Of a stretch of 64,000 nt of DNA, positions 36,839-46,589 are shown one piece after another (position 1 is the first letter of the stretch; every line of letters begins with the position of its first letter). The stretch is from positions 506-64,505 of the forward strand of contig JAGAMD010000012.1 in NCBI GenBank assembly GCA_017624905.1, in the 5' to 3' direction. The notes under the pieces are model-generated. The model saw only the letters and a program-made list of their open reading frames with translations. It searched no databases and had not been told where the DNA came from. The position numbers and the translations under genes were made by a program. The DNA comes from Clostridia bacterium. GTDB taxonomy: Bacteria; Bacillota; Clostridia; Oscillospirales; CAG-272.

Positions 36839-37740
36839 TATCTTGTTCCCTCCTTCATAAGATCTATATAGAATTCCTCAAGGCCGATTTTGTCGGTCTT
36901 TATTTCGTTTATAATAATTCCGTTTTCGTATAGATATGTTACAACATCCTCACATTCTATATTGTCGTAAACACGCAAATAGCCAGCCTCGTCGCTCTCT
37001 ACACGAGCATATTTTTTGTTTAGATAGCTTTTAGTAATAGCCATATCGTTTGATTTTAGTGCAATATAGGTACGACAAGAGTCGTCAAGCTCCTTTGCAG
37101 TCATTTCACAAATCATTTTGCCACCACGGATAATTCCATAGTGAGTAGCCACCTTTTCAAGCTCGGAAAGAACATGAGAGGAAACAACAACCGTTGTGCC
37201 GTAGTTTTTAGTAATATCAACAAGCACCTCACGCATAATTCTCATACCGTCAGCATCAAGACCATTGATTGGCTCGTCAAGAACGAGCAATTTAGGATTG
37301 CCAATAAGCGCCATAGCAATACCAACTCTTTGCTTCATACCGAGAGAGCAGTTTTTATACTTGTTAGAGGCAGCGCCCTCCATTCTAACAGTTTTAAGAG
37401 CCTTTACAGCCTCCCTTTCTGCATCCTTTATTCCAAGGTTTGCAGCTTGAAGGAGCATATTGTTCCAAACAGTGTAATTAGGAAAACAGCCGGGAGCTTC
37501 AATAAGAACGCCCATACAAGCACGGACATCAATGTCTGTGTGATCTCTGCCATATAGCTTAACCGAGCCACCGCTTGGATTTATTAGACCACAAATGATT
37601 TTTTCAGTTGTTGATTTACCGGAGCCATTTTCACCAATAAAGCCATAAATTGCGCCCTCTGGTACAGTCATATTAAGACCTGCAAGTGCTTGCTTGGGTC
37701 CAAAGCTTTTAGTTAAATTCTTTATTTCAATTGCGTTCAT
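36838..37740 (-). CDS. ABC transporter ATP-binding protein (pair 1)
   Basis: GENGSGKST Walker A, SLGMKQR signature, LVLDEP Walker B. Start ATG 37740 with AAGGAGGA RBS. Confidence 0.9.
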   Translation of the reverse strand: MNAIEIKNLTKSFGPKQALAGLNMTVPEGAIYGFIGENGSGKSTTEKIICGLINPSGGSVKLYGRDHTDIDVRACMGVLIEAPGCFPNYTVWNNMLLQAANLGIKDAEREAVKALKTVRMEGAASNKYKNCSLGMKQRVGIAMALIGNPKLLVLDEPINGLDADGMRIMREVLVDITKNYGTTVVVSSHVLSELEKVATHYGIIRGGKMICEMTAKELDDSCRTYIALKSNDMAITKSYLNKKYARVESDEAGYLRVYDNIECEDVVTYLYENGIIINEIKTDKIGLEEFYIDLMKEGTR

Positions 37741-37750
37741 ATAGTCCTCC

Positions 37751-38590
37751 TTAATATACATCACTCTTTGAAAGAATGGTTGTGCCAAGGACAATATAAA
37801 TCATCGCCCAAGCGACTGAAACAGCTAGACAAATAAGCACGGAAAGTAGAGGGAAAATACCACAGTCAAGACAAGCAAAAACGCTTGAGCCATATAAAAA
37901 CGCATTTAACAAAACCGATGGAATACCAATAGCCTCGAAGATTCCCGCAACACCAATAATTAAAATTCCGGTACCAAAGAAGAAGGAAAGTGCTATTGAA
38001 ATACCAAAGAATTTTCTTAAAATTACATTTATAAATGTATATAGAGCTGCCCAACCAATGCTCATTATCATTTTACCAATAATTGCACAAGCAAGCGAGA
38101 ATACATCTACCTCAAATGAAAGATTACCGGCAAAAAGCGCACCGGCAATACCACCGAGAAGATAGGTAATGCACATACAAGCCATAGAAAAGGCACAGGT
38201 AATAGTTTTAGAAATCATATAGTCCTGCTTTTTTGCGTGTGTTGTAAAGAGCTGCTTTACATAGCCACTACGGTAGTCGCTACCGATAAAGATAGAAACC
38301 ATTATTCCGCCAAATATAAATACCATATTCATATTTGCATAGTCGCCAATTGACTCAATTACATATAAAGGCTTATTTGCAGCAATTATGTTCCATGCGT
38401 TTGTGTAAAGTGCCTCGCCACCCTCAGCACCCATTGTGCCAAGTATCATAGCCGGGATTATAGCAGCAATACAAAGGAAAATATAAAAAAGTGGAGTGTG
38501 AAAAATACGATAAAAGTCAACGCTTAGCATACCCTTGATTCTTTTAAGGAACGAAGGTGCTTCAAAATTAAGCTCATAGGATTTTTCCAT
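37751..38590 (-). CDS. ABC-2-type transporter permease (pair 2)
   Basis: 279 aa polytopic membrane protein. It shares N-terminal (VDFYRIF / VDFRRMF) and GSDYRSGY / GADFRSGY motifs with the pair-1 permease. Confidence 0.7.
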   Translation of the reverse strand: MEKSYELNFEAPSFLKRIKGMLSVDFYRIFHTPLFYIFLCIAAIIPAMILGTMGAEGGEALYTNAWNIIAANKPLYVIESIGDYANMNMVFIFGGIMVSIFIGSDYRSGYVKQLFTTHAKKQDYMISKTITCAFSMACMCITYLLGGIAGALFAGNLSFEVDVFSLACAIIGKMIMSIGWAALYTFINVILRKFFGISIALSFFFGTGILIIGVAGIFEAIGIPSVLLNAFLYGSSVFACLDCGIFPLLSVLICLAVSVAWAMIYIVLGTTILSKSDVY

Positions 38591-39493
38591 TTATTTTTCC
38601 TCCTTTTTTGACATAAGCTCAATGTAGTATTCCTCAAGACCAACCTTGTTTTTCTCAATTTGGCTCACTACGTGTCCGTTTTCTAAGAGGTGCTTTACAA
38701 TATCCTCTGAGCTTTCAACATCATAAACACGGATAAATTCGCCCTCAATACGCACATTTCCAAATTTTTGCTTTAATACCTCACAAGCACCATTTAGGTT
38801 CTTTGTTTTCAAGGATACGAAAACTCTTGCACGCTTTTCCATATCCTTAGCGCTTATTTCTGCAATCATTTTGCCCCCACGAATGATTCCATAGTGAGTA
38901 GCAATCTTTTCAAGCTCACCAAGTAGGTGTGAGGAAATAAGAACAGTGCAACCGTATTTCAAGGTTATATCTATTAATATTTCACGCATAATTCTCATAC
39001 CATCAGTATCAAGACCGTTTATAGGCTCGTCAAGAATGAGAAGCAAGGGATCGCCAAGTAGTGCCATAGCAATGCCGATTCTTTGCTTCATACCAAGAGA
39101 GCAGCTTTTAAACTTTATGTTTGCTGAGTCCGTCATACGAACAATATCAAGCACACGATTAATTTCCTTGTCAGGATCAGCCAAATTCAAGTTCAATGCT
39201 TGCATTCTTAAATTTTGATACACGCTAGAGTTAGGAAAGCAACCGGCACTTTCAATAAGAGCACCAACACGAGCTCTAACCCCGGGATCAGTGTAATCCT
39301 TGCCAAACAGCTTGATTTCTCCCTCGTCCTTTACTAGGTGTCCGCAAATAAGCTTTTGAGTAGTGGATTTTCCAGAACCATTTTCACCAATGAAGCCATA
39401 GATTGAGCCAAGAGGCACAGTCATATTTAAATGGTCAACTGCATACATTCCACGAAAGCTTTTTGATAAGTTTCTAATTTCAATTGCGTTCAT
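38591..39493 (-). CDS. ABC transporter ATP-binding protein (pair 2)
   Basis: About 60 percent identical by eye to the pair-1 ATPase (MNAIEIRNLSKSF, GENGSGKST, LILDEPINGLD). Confidence 0.9.
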   Translation of the reverse strand: MNAIEIRNLSKSFRGMYAVDHLNMTVPLGSIYGFIGENGSGKSTTQKLICGHLVKDEGEIKLFGKDYTDPGVRARVGALIESAGCFPNSSVYQNLRMQALNLNLADPDKEINRVLDIVRMTDSANIKFKSCSLGMKQRIGIAMALLGDPLLLILDEPINGLDTDGMRIMREILIDITLKYGCTVLISSHLLGELEKIATHYGIIRGGKMIAEISAKDMEKRARVFVSLKTKNLNGACEVLKQKFGNVRIEGEFIRVYDVESSEDIVKHLLENGHVVSQIEKNKVGLEEYYIELMSKKEEK

Positions 39494-39602
39494 TTTTATC
39501 TCCTTCAAATATTTGGAATTTAGCCCTAAAATTCCATTTTATAAATTAATTTTAGATACCTGCTATTTTTGTTTTGTCAAAAAAATGTTTCTGTTTTGTA
39601 AA

Positions 39603-39638
39603 AATAAAAAAGACCTTACAAAAAGTAAGGCCTTTTTT
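39603..39638 (-). terminator. Rho-independent terminator after gltS-like gene
   Basis: CCTTAC aaaaa GTAAGG stem with flanking A/T runs. Confidence 0.75.
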
Positions 39639-39639
39639 G

Positions 39640-41172
39640 TTATTCTGCACTTTCTTTAGTGTCTACTTTCTTTTTCCTTCTTTTAAATATAAAGGAACGG
39701 AACAAAATTATATTCATTACGATGAAGAATAGGATTAAAGCACCAAATACAAGCATAGAATGTGCTGCAATTACCTTAGGTGCTGCAATAAGCATAATAG
39801 GTAAGCCAAAGACAATAGCAGGGAAGTTTTGGTAAACCAGGTTATCAGCAGCCGGAGTCTTGAACTTAGGGTCCCACTCACGAAGCAAGATAATACCTGT
39901 ACTTGCTGTGCCTGTTAGCATACCATATGTTGCCAAGAATTGCTCGTCTGCATATTCCTTGAATAGCTTCTTTGAGATAAATCTAAGGTAGAAGTATGTT
40001 GAAACCGCACCAATAACTCCCATAATAAGAAGCACGTGCCAGTATTTACCAAGTGTGTCAGGCTTAATAGCTGCCATACCTGCAATAATCATAATATCAA
40101 AGAAAAATCCGCCAATACGCTTCATCAAGAATGGATTGATGTATTCGTGCTTAACTATATTTTTCTTTTTAAGGAAGCGTAGTACATAGCAAACAACAGT
40201 AGCAACTAAAACGCCGATAAGGAAGTTAAAGCCGTAAATTGTAGACTTCATACCGGGTAAAAGCTTACCAAGTCCAAACAAAATACCGTAAGCGATAAAG
40301 TAAGAGCCGAGAATAAATGCAAGCTGCATTGTTAGCTTGTCAACACCTGAGGACTCCATAGGTAATTCGTCAGAGCCTTGTACCTTGTCAAGCATCATAG
40401 TCTCACTAAGGTCGGCATCCTGAGCCTTCTTTTTAGCACGGCGTCTTAAGATGTTTAGGAAAATAACGCCACCAATAGCTGCTGAAATAAAGCCAAGAGA
40501 AGCAATAGATAGACCAAAATCAACTCCGTGTGCCAAAATATCAGCACCCTCTACAAAGTTATCAGCGCTTGGATTTGAATTATTAATTGTTTCATATTGC
40601 TGACCGAAGTTCATAGCTTGACCTGTGCCTTGACCAAAGCCAAATGCAAGAATTACACCTGCGTAATTTGTAAGACCAAGCTTGTCAGCACCAATGAGCA
40701 CGGCAATAGTTGTAATAGCTATACCGATTACAGCCTGTAACAGATAGGTTGAAACGGTTGTAACACCTGCATTAAATACCTCAACGCTACGCTTTTTAGA
40801 TAGCTTTTGTTGTACAGGCTTAAAGGATGTTGCGATAAAGCCAAGAGCAAGAGCATGATAGGTAATAATCTCAAGCAGCTCAAGACCGGTAAGCGATACA
40901 TCCTCTGCTTTAATAAGTCCTAGCTCTACCATTTCAAGAGCTTCCTCAGATGGAGAACCAAAGATGGCTAGCTCAAATAGGTATTCACCTGTTATTAAGG
41001 TGTATATACCGGAAACTATAAGTATAATGCTTCCTGCCAAAACAGAGGTAGGAATTAATGATTTTTTTAAGAATGGAACACGTCTTTTTAGCATGTTTGC
41101 AATTATCAAGCTAATTAGCAAAACCGCTATAATACTGACAAAGCCCCAAGCATCAAAGCCCGAGAGTTGCAT
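39640..41172 (-). CDS. gltS: Sodium/glutamate symporter family (GltS-like) transporter
   Basis: 510 aa polytopic. The N-terminal FLKKSLIPTSVLAGS resembles E. coli GltS FLKKYTIPEPVAGG. GGAG RBS. Confidence 0.6.
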   Translation of the reverse strand: MQLSGFDAWGFVSIIAVLLISLIIANMLKRRVPFLKKSLIPTSVLAGSIILIVSGIYTLITGEYLFELAIFGSPSEEALEMVELGLIKAEDVSLTGLELLEIITYHALALGFIATSFKPVQQKLSKKRSVEVFNAGVTTVSTYLLQAVIGIAITTIAVLIGADKLGLTNYAGVILAFGFGQGTGQAMNFGQQYETINNSNPSADNFVEGADILAHGVDFGLSIASLGFISAAIGGVIFLNILRRRAKKKAQDADLSETMMLDKVQGSDELPMESSGVDKLTMQLAFILGSYFIAYGILFGLGKLLPGMKSTIYGFNFLIGVLVATVVCYVLRFLKKKNIVKHEYINPFLMKRIGGFFFDIMIIAGMAAIKPDTLGKYWHVLLIMGVIGAVSTYFYLRFISKKLFKEYADEQFLATYGMLTGTASTGIILLREWDPKFKTPAADNLVYQNFPAIVFGLPIMLIAAPKVIAAHSMLVFGALILFFIVMNIILFRSFIFKRRKKKVDTKESAE

Positions 41173-42364
41173 TTGTATCTCCTTTCCTTGTGTTAAATGC
41201 GTGATAATAAATATTTACATATTTAAGAGCACAAAATCTTTCATCACTCTTAATTTGAAATACCTTTTTGTCAAAGTAGTAGTTGAACTTGTTTTTGCCA
41301 AGCACACCTGCCGAGGTTATATCCTCAAAGCTCACAACCTCACACCTGTCGCCAAAATCAAGCTCGTATCTGTCGCCATAGGCACTAAGCTTAATATCAT
41401 TGCCAAGAGGGATTTTCTTTTTACAAGGGATTACCTCCCATAAATTTACTGTATCAGTAAACAAAGGTGTGTCAATATACTTAGTTAAATCAAGTGAACG
41501 TACAAAGCTGTATTGTGCATCCCACCACTCATCAGTATGCTTAAACTCAAAATCGCCATTTAACGATACAATTTCCTTGCTAGGCAAGTATTTTGCTGAT
41601 GTGCCACATTTTTTACAGGTAAAGGTGTCGCGATTGCTATACCATTCACCAAAGCCACACTTAGGGCAGTAGTAGAAGGCTCTTTCAATATATTCGGCAC
41701 TCTTTTTTGAGTAGAACTCGCCACCTGTATGACATTCATTTATATATAGCTTATCACAAATCAAGCTATATAGCTCGTCGTTTGGCATATCCTTAAAATT
41801 CTCATACTCAAGAATCTCATACACCTCGGACACCATCTTGCCACGACGTTGCTTACCTGCCCAACGAGGCTCAACACCAAAGCCACCCTTGATGTGATAG
41901 AAGCAAATAGGGAGCTTAAGTGCCTTAGCTAATTGAGCAATTGAGTCCTTGATTTCACCGGTTTTGCCGGAGTAAGTTCGGTTGCCCTCAGGGAAAACAA
42001 CAATAGAGCCACCCTCCTTGGCAACACGCATACAGTCCATAACAGCCTTAACATCAGTTGCACCCTTCTTAATAGGAATAGGCTTAACTAAAAAGTTAAT
42101 AAGCCAAGAGGTAAAGCCGTTAGAGAACAGGTCATCATTTGTAATATAATAAACATGCTTTTTAAAGGACAGACCAACAAAGAATTGGTCAAATGCAGTT
42201 TGATGATTTGATAAAATCAAAAACTGTCTTTTATCCTTATAGTATCTTTTTATAGTACAATGATATATTATTTTAGAAAGTAACCTTAGAATTGGACCAA
42301 GCACAATCCTTGTTACTGTGTGAATAGGTCTTATCCACTTTTTCTTTTTTCTTTTTTTAGGCAT
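41153..42364 (-). CDS. Lysophospholipid acyltransferase-family protein with a C-terminal zinc-ribbon-containing domain
   Basis: HxxxxD (SNHQTAFD) and FPEGNRT motifs. CPKCGFGEWYSNRDTFTCKKCG lies in the C-terminal half. The 3' end overlaps the gltS-like start by 20 nt. Confidence 0.75.
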   Translation of the reverse strand: MPKKRKKKKWIRPIHTVTRIVLGPILRLLSKIIYHCTIKRYYKDKRQFLILSNHQTAFDQFFVGLSFKKHVYYITNDDLFSNGFTSWLINFLVKPIPIKKGATDVKAVMDCMRVAKEGGSIVVFPEGNRTYSGKTGEIKDSIAQLAKALKLPICFYHIKGGFGVEPRWAGKQRRGKMVSEVYEILEYENFKDMPNDELYSLICDKLYINECHTGGEFYSKKSAEYIERAFYYCPKCGFGEWYSNRDTFTCKKCGTSAKYLPSKEIVSLNGDFEFKHTDEWWDAQYSFVRSLDLTKYIDTPLFTDTVNLWEVIPCKKKIPLGNDIKLSAYGDRYELDFGDRCEVVSFEDITSAGVLGKNKFNYYFDKKVFQIKSDERFCALKYVNIYYHAFNTRKGDTNATLGL

Positions 42365-42527
42365 AATTTTATCTCTTTTCAAAGCAAAAAATACATATTA
42401 ATTGTATCATAATTTATCTCGTTTTTCAAGGAAAACGCTTATCGAGGTGCCCAAAACCGCCCAAAACCACACATTTTTTACTTGGATTTAATATCGAGTT
42501 CACATTTTGTACATATTTTCACAAATA

Positions 42528-42566
42528 AAAACAGACACAAAAGACATAGCCCTGTGTCTGTTTTTG
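42528..42566 (-). terminator. Rho-independent terminator
   Basis: ACAGACAC / GTGTCTGT stem with flanking A/T runs. Confidence 0.7.
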
Positions 42567-42568
42567 AC

Positions 42569-44665
42569 TTAATCAACAATTGTAATTTCGCTTGGAGCAG
42601 TGATTTTTGCACCATTTTTATTAATATCAACAAGTATTATGCCGTATGGAGTGGGTATCTCAATTTTGGCAAAATCAAGGTCTAGCAGCTGAGGCTTTAG
42701 TTTGATTTTTTTATAGCCCGGCTCTAAAATTTCAAGACCGCATAAAGCCATCGGTAGTGAATAGAGCGGAGTGCCGCCCCACGCGTGGGAATGGTCAAAT
42801 TTATATGTTGGCTCAGGTAGATAAAAGCCTTCTACAAGCCCCTTAGGACATTCCTTTATTGACTTTTTCCATAGCTCAAGTAAAGGCAAGGTGTATTTCT
42901 TAGACAAGCCGTTTCTATAAATTGCATCTAACCAAAAATGCATAAAGTAAGGCTGTACCTCACCAAGAGAGCTATCGTTATATATCGTTTCAAGCAATTC
43001 TTGACATTTACTTTTATCAAAAATTCCAAAGTAACAGCCGAGAATATTTGTATGACGGCGATAGTATCTTTTTTCCACATTTTGAGGAAGATATTGCCAA
43101 AGCATATTGTCGGGAGTTTTTGTATTAAGCCCCTCAAAGAAAAGTCCCTTTTCTTTATCATAAAGATAGGTTAAAATACTCTTTTTAAGAGCATTAGCCT
43201 TTATTCCTTGCACTTTTGCCATCTCGCTAAAGCCAAGAATGGTATAAATTTTTTCAGCTGAATTTAAAGCTCCAAAATAGAACATATTAAGACAGCCTTG
43301 ACCAAGTGCCTTTGGTGGATGGTGAGTTGAAATGTTGTCGGGGAAAAGCCAGTCCACAAACATATAGTCAGGTGGGGTTTCAATCAAGCCGTTTTCTCCT
43401 ATATAGCCATCAAACCTTTTTAGGAGCAAATCAAGTGCTGCCTTGCAGGCTTCAAGCAAGGACTTGTCCCCCGTTATCATATAATACTCATATATCATAT
43501 TAACCCAAATTAGGCTATATGTGGTGTGGAAAAGTCTGCCGTCGGCATCGACCATTGTACGAGCAATACGCTCCAAATCGAAGCGACAAAGACGAAAATC
43601 CCCATAAGAAAACTGAGTCATAAGCATCTCAATATAGTAGTCTCCCACACAAGCAAGAGGCTCTGAGTGCTTAGGGCTGTCAAGATGGTGTAGCTGACGG
43701 CAATACTTTAAGGTGTGTCGGCATACAGCCATTAAGTCGTTTAATTCTCCATCGCTAACCGTTGATTTAGCACACGTATCAATAGGGAAGAAGGAGCTAT
43801 CAAAAATAACCTCTATTTCAGCATTTCCCTCACCCTCATTTGCAATTTCAATATCATAGCCACCGAGGGAATTAAGCTCAAGACCATAATATGTGTCTTG
43901 TCCCTCTATAATGCCTCCAAAGGCATAAGTGCGTTCATCAGCTTCAAATGAGTATATGCTGATTTTTGCCTTGCCGTACACCTTAGCTCTAAGTGTAAGA
44001 TAACAAGCGTGAATTTTGTCATATTCAATAGTCTTTTTTAGTGATTTGCCACCTTCAACTAAAAATGTGTGCGAGGACAAGCGTTCAAGCGTACAGGGAG
44101 GAATAGGAGCACACTGAGGCTTCCAAATGTCCTCTTTAATTTCTGCCCTTAAACGTGGCTCTTTTTTCACTGTATTGTCAAAAAAGCGTGGAGATGTGTA
44201 TGATTTTAATAGCTCAATATCCCAGCTATCATCACTTTTTATCTCGGTAATCTTACCATTTTCAAGATAAGCCCTGCCCGAAAGGTAAAAGCCACCTTGC
44301 CCACGAGAATAGTCTGATAGATGATAAGGCATCATTCTTACAATGCTCTCAATCTCCACCTCGCTTGTATTAGGCACATATTTAAGGGAAAGGGAATAGT
44401 AGTCGCTCCTTGGCTTATCGTTGTTTAAAAAGTCGCCGCCTGAGTATGCAGGACCACGAGCAATAATTTCACCATTTATTTTAATTAGACAAGCTGTGTC
44501 AGCGCTAAAGGTGATTTCAAGACAAGATACCATACTATCAAAGCTATATTTTTTGCTAACTCTACAAACGGTATAATTGCCATTTGGCTTGTTTTCACCT
44601 AAGGGATTATAAAAAGTCCCTTGATTTTTTGGATATAGCTCATTTGGTAGCCAAATAAAGCTCAT
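42569..44665 (-). CDS. Divergent GH78-related (alpha-L-rhamnosidase-like) six-hairpin glycosidase
   Basis: 698 aa with the same overall architecture as the GH78 enzyme at 8744-10876. The catalytic-region signature is altered: HHLDSPKHSEPLACVGDYY instead of DCPQRDERMGWTGD. Confidence 0.5.
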   Translation of the reverse strand: MSFIWLPNELYPKNQGTFYNPLGENKPNGNYTVCRVSKKYSFDSMVSCLEITFSADTACLIKINGEIIARGPAYSGGDFLNNDKPRSDYYSLSLKYVPNTSEVEIESIVRMMPYHLSDYSRGQGGFYLSGRAYLENGKITEIKSDDSWDIELLKSYTSPRFFDNTVKKEPRLRAEIKEDIWKPQCAPIPPCTLERLSSHTFLVEGGKSLKKTIEYDKIHACYLTLRAKVYGKAKISIYSFEADERTYAFGGIIEGQDTYYGLELNSLGGYDIEIANEGEGNAEIEVIFDSSFFPIDTCAKSTVSDGELNDLMAVCRHTLKYCRQLHHLDSPKHSEPLACVGDYYIEMLMTQFSYGDFRLCRFDLERIARTMVDADGRLFHTTYSLIWVNMIYEYYMITGDKSLLEACKAALDLLLKRFDGYIGENGLIETPPDYMFVDWLFPDNISTHHPPKALGQGCLNMFYFGALNSAEKIYTILGFSEMAKVQGIKANALKKSILTYLYDKEKGLFFEGLNTKTPDNMLWQYLPQNVEKRYYRRHTNILGCYFGIFDKSKCQELLETIYNDSSLGEVQPYFMHFWLDAIYRNGLSKKYTLPLLELWKKSIKECPKGLVEGFYLPEPTYKFDHSHAWGGTPLYSLPMALCGLEILEPGYKKIKLKPQLLDLDFAKIEIPTPYGIILVDINKNGAKITAPSEITIVD

Positions 44666-45801
44666 TATTCTGTCTCCTTTTCAGTGTTATATCGCTCATT
44701 TGCAATGCTTATTAGCTCTTTTTCGGATTCTATATCGCTTGGGTTAGGATATGTTTTTGAAACCTTTTCAAAGGTAGATAAAAGCTTTTCTGCTTTTTCC
44801 TTGTCGTTTTCATAAAATAGAGCATATGCATATTGCATACGAATAACAGAAATATAGCTTTTCATCGAGGAAATAAAGCCCTCTTGCTCCCTTGTTAACA
44901 AGCTGTCAACAAATTCTTTTCTGTTTTCACCTATAAGCTCACAATAAATACGGTCGCAGATTAAAAGACCTCTATGTAAATTAACAATTCCGCTATCAAT
45001 AGATGTTAGATGTGCCATTAGCCTTTCAGCCTCGTCCAGCTTTATTTCATCTAACAATCGGTTGGCTCTCAATACACCCAAAACAGCTATCATACTGTTT
45101 TTCATTGCTTCATCGCTTGGCAACTCAAACCACTCATCTGGCATATCCTTTAGACGTACACCACAAGCCCCTTGCTCCCCTACCTTTAGCTGAATCCAAA
45201 AGGCACGACGAGCCTCATCGTTTTTAGATAAGGAAAACGCATTGTAGCCATCGTTGTCAACTATTTTTGTACGCATAGGAATGCCGTTTGTAAGAGCAGT
45301 AGAAATGCCTATTATTACAAATAATAATAGACCAAGAGATAAATAAGGAACATTTATAAATACAAATATTAAAGCAACAGCAATAGCCGATGTAATAAGG
45401 TTAAAGATTACGCCACCCATATTGTACCAAAAGGTAGGACATTTTCCATCCTTCATTTCCGGTGGAGCTAAAAGGCATTGACCAAGAGTCCCGGCTAAAG
45501 AAAATCTTTTAAGCTTAATCTTTCCATCTTGCTTTATAAGCATAAAGCTAAGAATACGGAAGGAACGGAATTTATATCCACTTAGTAAGCCAAAAACTAA
45601 ATGTCCACCCTCGTGAATTATAATATGTAAAACATATGACACAACACAAGAGACAATAAGAGTAACCATCGATAAAGCAAGAGAGGAGTCTCTTTCAAAG
45701 GTAAATATAGAGTGCACAAGGCATAGTACAAATGTAATAGCAAGAGATAAAATCTTTACAAGAAGAGAAATAAATCTCCATTTAAATGAAAGCTTTTTCA
45801 T
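44665..45801 (-). CDS. Membrane zinc-metalloprotease-like protein (HExxH, M50/site-2-protease-like) with a helical-repeat C-terminus
   Basis: HEGGHLVFG sits inside a TM segment, with several TM helices. The C-terminal ~180 aa are helical (TPR-like). 1-nt overlap with the downstream gene. Confidence 0.6.
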   Translation of the reverse strand: MKKLSFKWRFISLLVKILSLAITFVLCLVHSIFTFERDSSLALSMVTLIVSCVVSYVLHIIIHEGGHLVFGLLSGYKFRSFRILSFMLIKQDGKIKLKRFSLAGTLGQCLLAPPEMKDGKCPTFWYNMGGVIFNLITSAIAVALIFVFINVPYLSLGLLLFVIIGISTALTNGIPMRTKIVDNDGYNAFSLSKNDEARRAFWIQLKVGEQGACGVRLKDMPDEWFELPSDEAMKNSMIAVLGVLRANRLLDEIKLDEAERLMAHLTSIDSGIVNLHRGLLICDRIYCELIGENRKEFVDSLLTREQEGFISSMKSYISVIRMQYAYALFYENDKEKAEKLLSTFEKVSKTYPNPSDIESEKELISIANERYNTEKETE

Positions 45802-45844
45802 AGTAATCCTCCAAGCAGTCTTTTTATAAGTATATCATAAAAAA

Positions 45845-45876
45845 TAAAAAGCCACAAGATAGTTGTGGCTTTATTT
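45845..45876. terminator. Rho-independent terminator
   Basis: GCCACAA gatag TTGTGGC between A- and T-runs. Confidence 0.8.
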
Positions 45877-46458
45877 TTACTTATTTTGCTTTTTTAATTT
45901 GCTTTGATAAATTCTATATAGAGTGTAGCTTGTGTATCTTAAAATAAATACAGGTAGCATACTGAGTATAAAATTAAATATGAAAACAGGCAACCAAATA
46001 CCGGGGCTTTGACAAACAGGAATTAGTAGAACTAAAAAGCCTGTTAGTGCATTAACCAAATGGATAACCGTGCCATAGTTGATTTCAATTAAAAACTGCT
46101 TTAAATATTCTATATCGTTTGTGTCTCCAAGCTTGCTTTTGGACAGACCAGTAAACATACCAAGCTCAGGCACCTTGTCCTTCCACGATTTGATTTTTAT
46201 AAATTTGTAAAATTTAACCTCTTTTTTAGATACAATAAATAGCTTTTTTCCCGGCATATACCAGCTCTCGGGATTGAGTCTGCGTATAACAAGAGCTTCA
46301 ATTCCGTCAATAGCGATAATAGCGACTGTGCCAATGACTAAATATAAAAGTGTCCAAAGCATCTCTTGTGGCTCTGAAAAAATAGGCGACATAAAAAAGC
46401 CGTGAAATAAAGTAACAGATACTATTGCTACAACGATTGTAATTAGATAAAATAGCAT
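45877..46458 (-). CDS. Small polytopic membrane protein, possibly of the CrtO-like (glycosyl-4,4'-diaponeurosporenoate acyltransferase) family
   Basis: 193 aa. SWKDKVPELG ... IEINYGTVIH ... RYTSY resembles my recollection of S. aureus CrtO (KWKHKILDG ... ETKRAELIHW ... QRYNRPR). Weak. Confidence 0.35.
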   Translation of the reverse strand: MLFYLITIVVAIVSVTLFHGFFMSPIFSEPQEMLWTLLYLVIGTVAIIAIDGIEALVIRRLNPESWYMPGKKLFIVSKKEVKFYKFIKIKSWKDKVPELGMFTGLSKSKLGDTNDIEYLKQFLIEINYGTVIHLVNALTGFLVLLIPVCQSPGIWLPVFIFNFILSMLPVFILRYTSYTLYRIYQSKLKKQNK

Positions 46459-46589
46459 AAAATCATCTCCTTAACGAGTGTATTCTATCACAAATTTAAT
46501 CTTTTTGCAAGGTGCTAATCATAAGTATTGAAAAATATACAAGGATATGGTATATTAAATATATACTATATATTTAACGAGGTATAAAT

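Noticed and set aside
40964-41443. 159-aa plus-strand ORF across the gltS-like/acyltransferase junction
   Set aside because: It is antisense to two well-supported overlapping genes and has no RBS.
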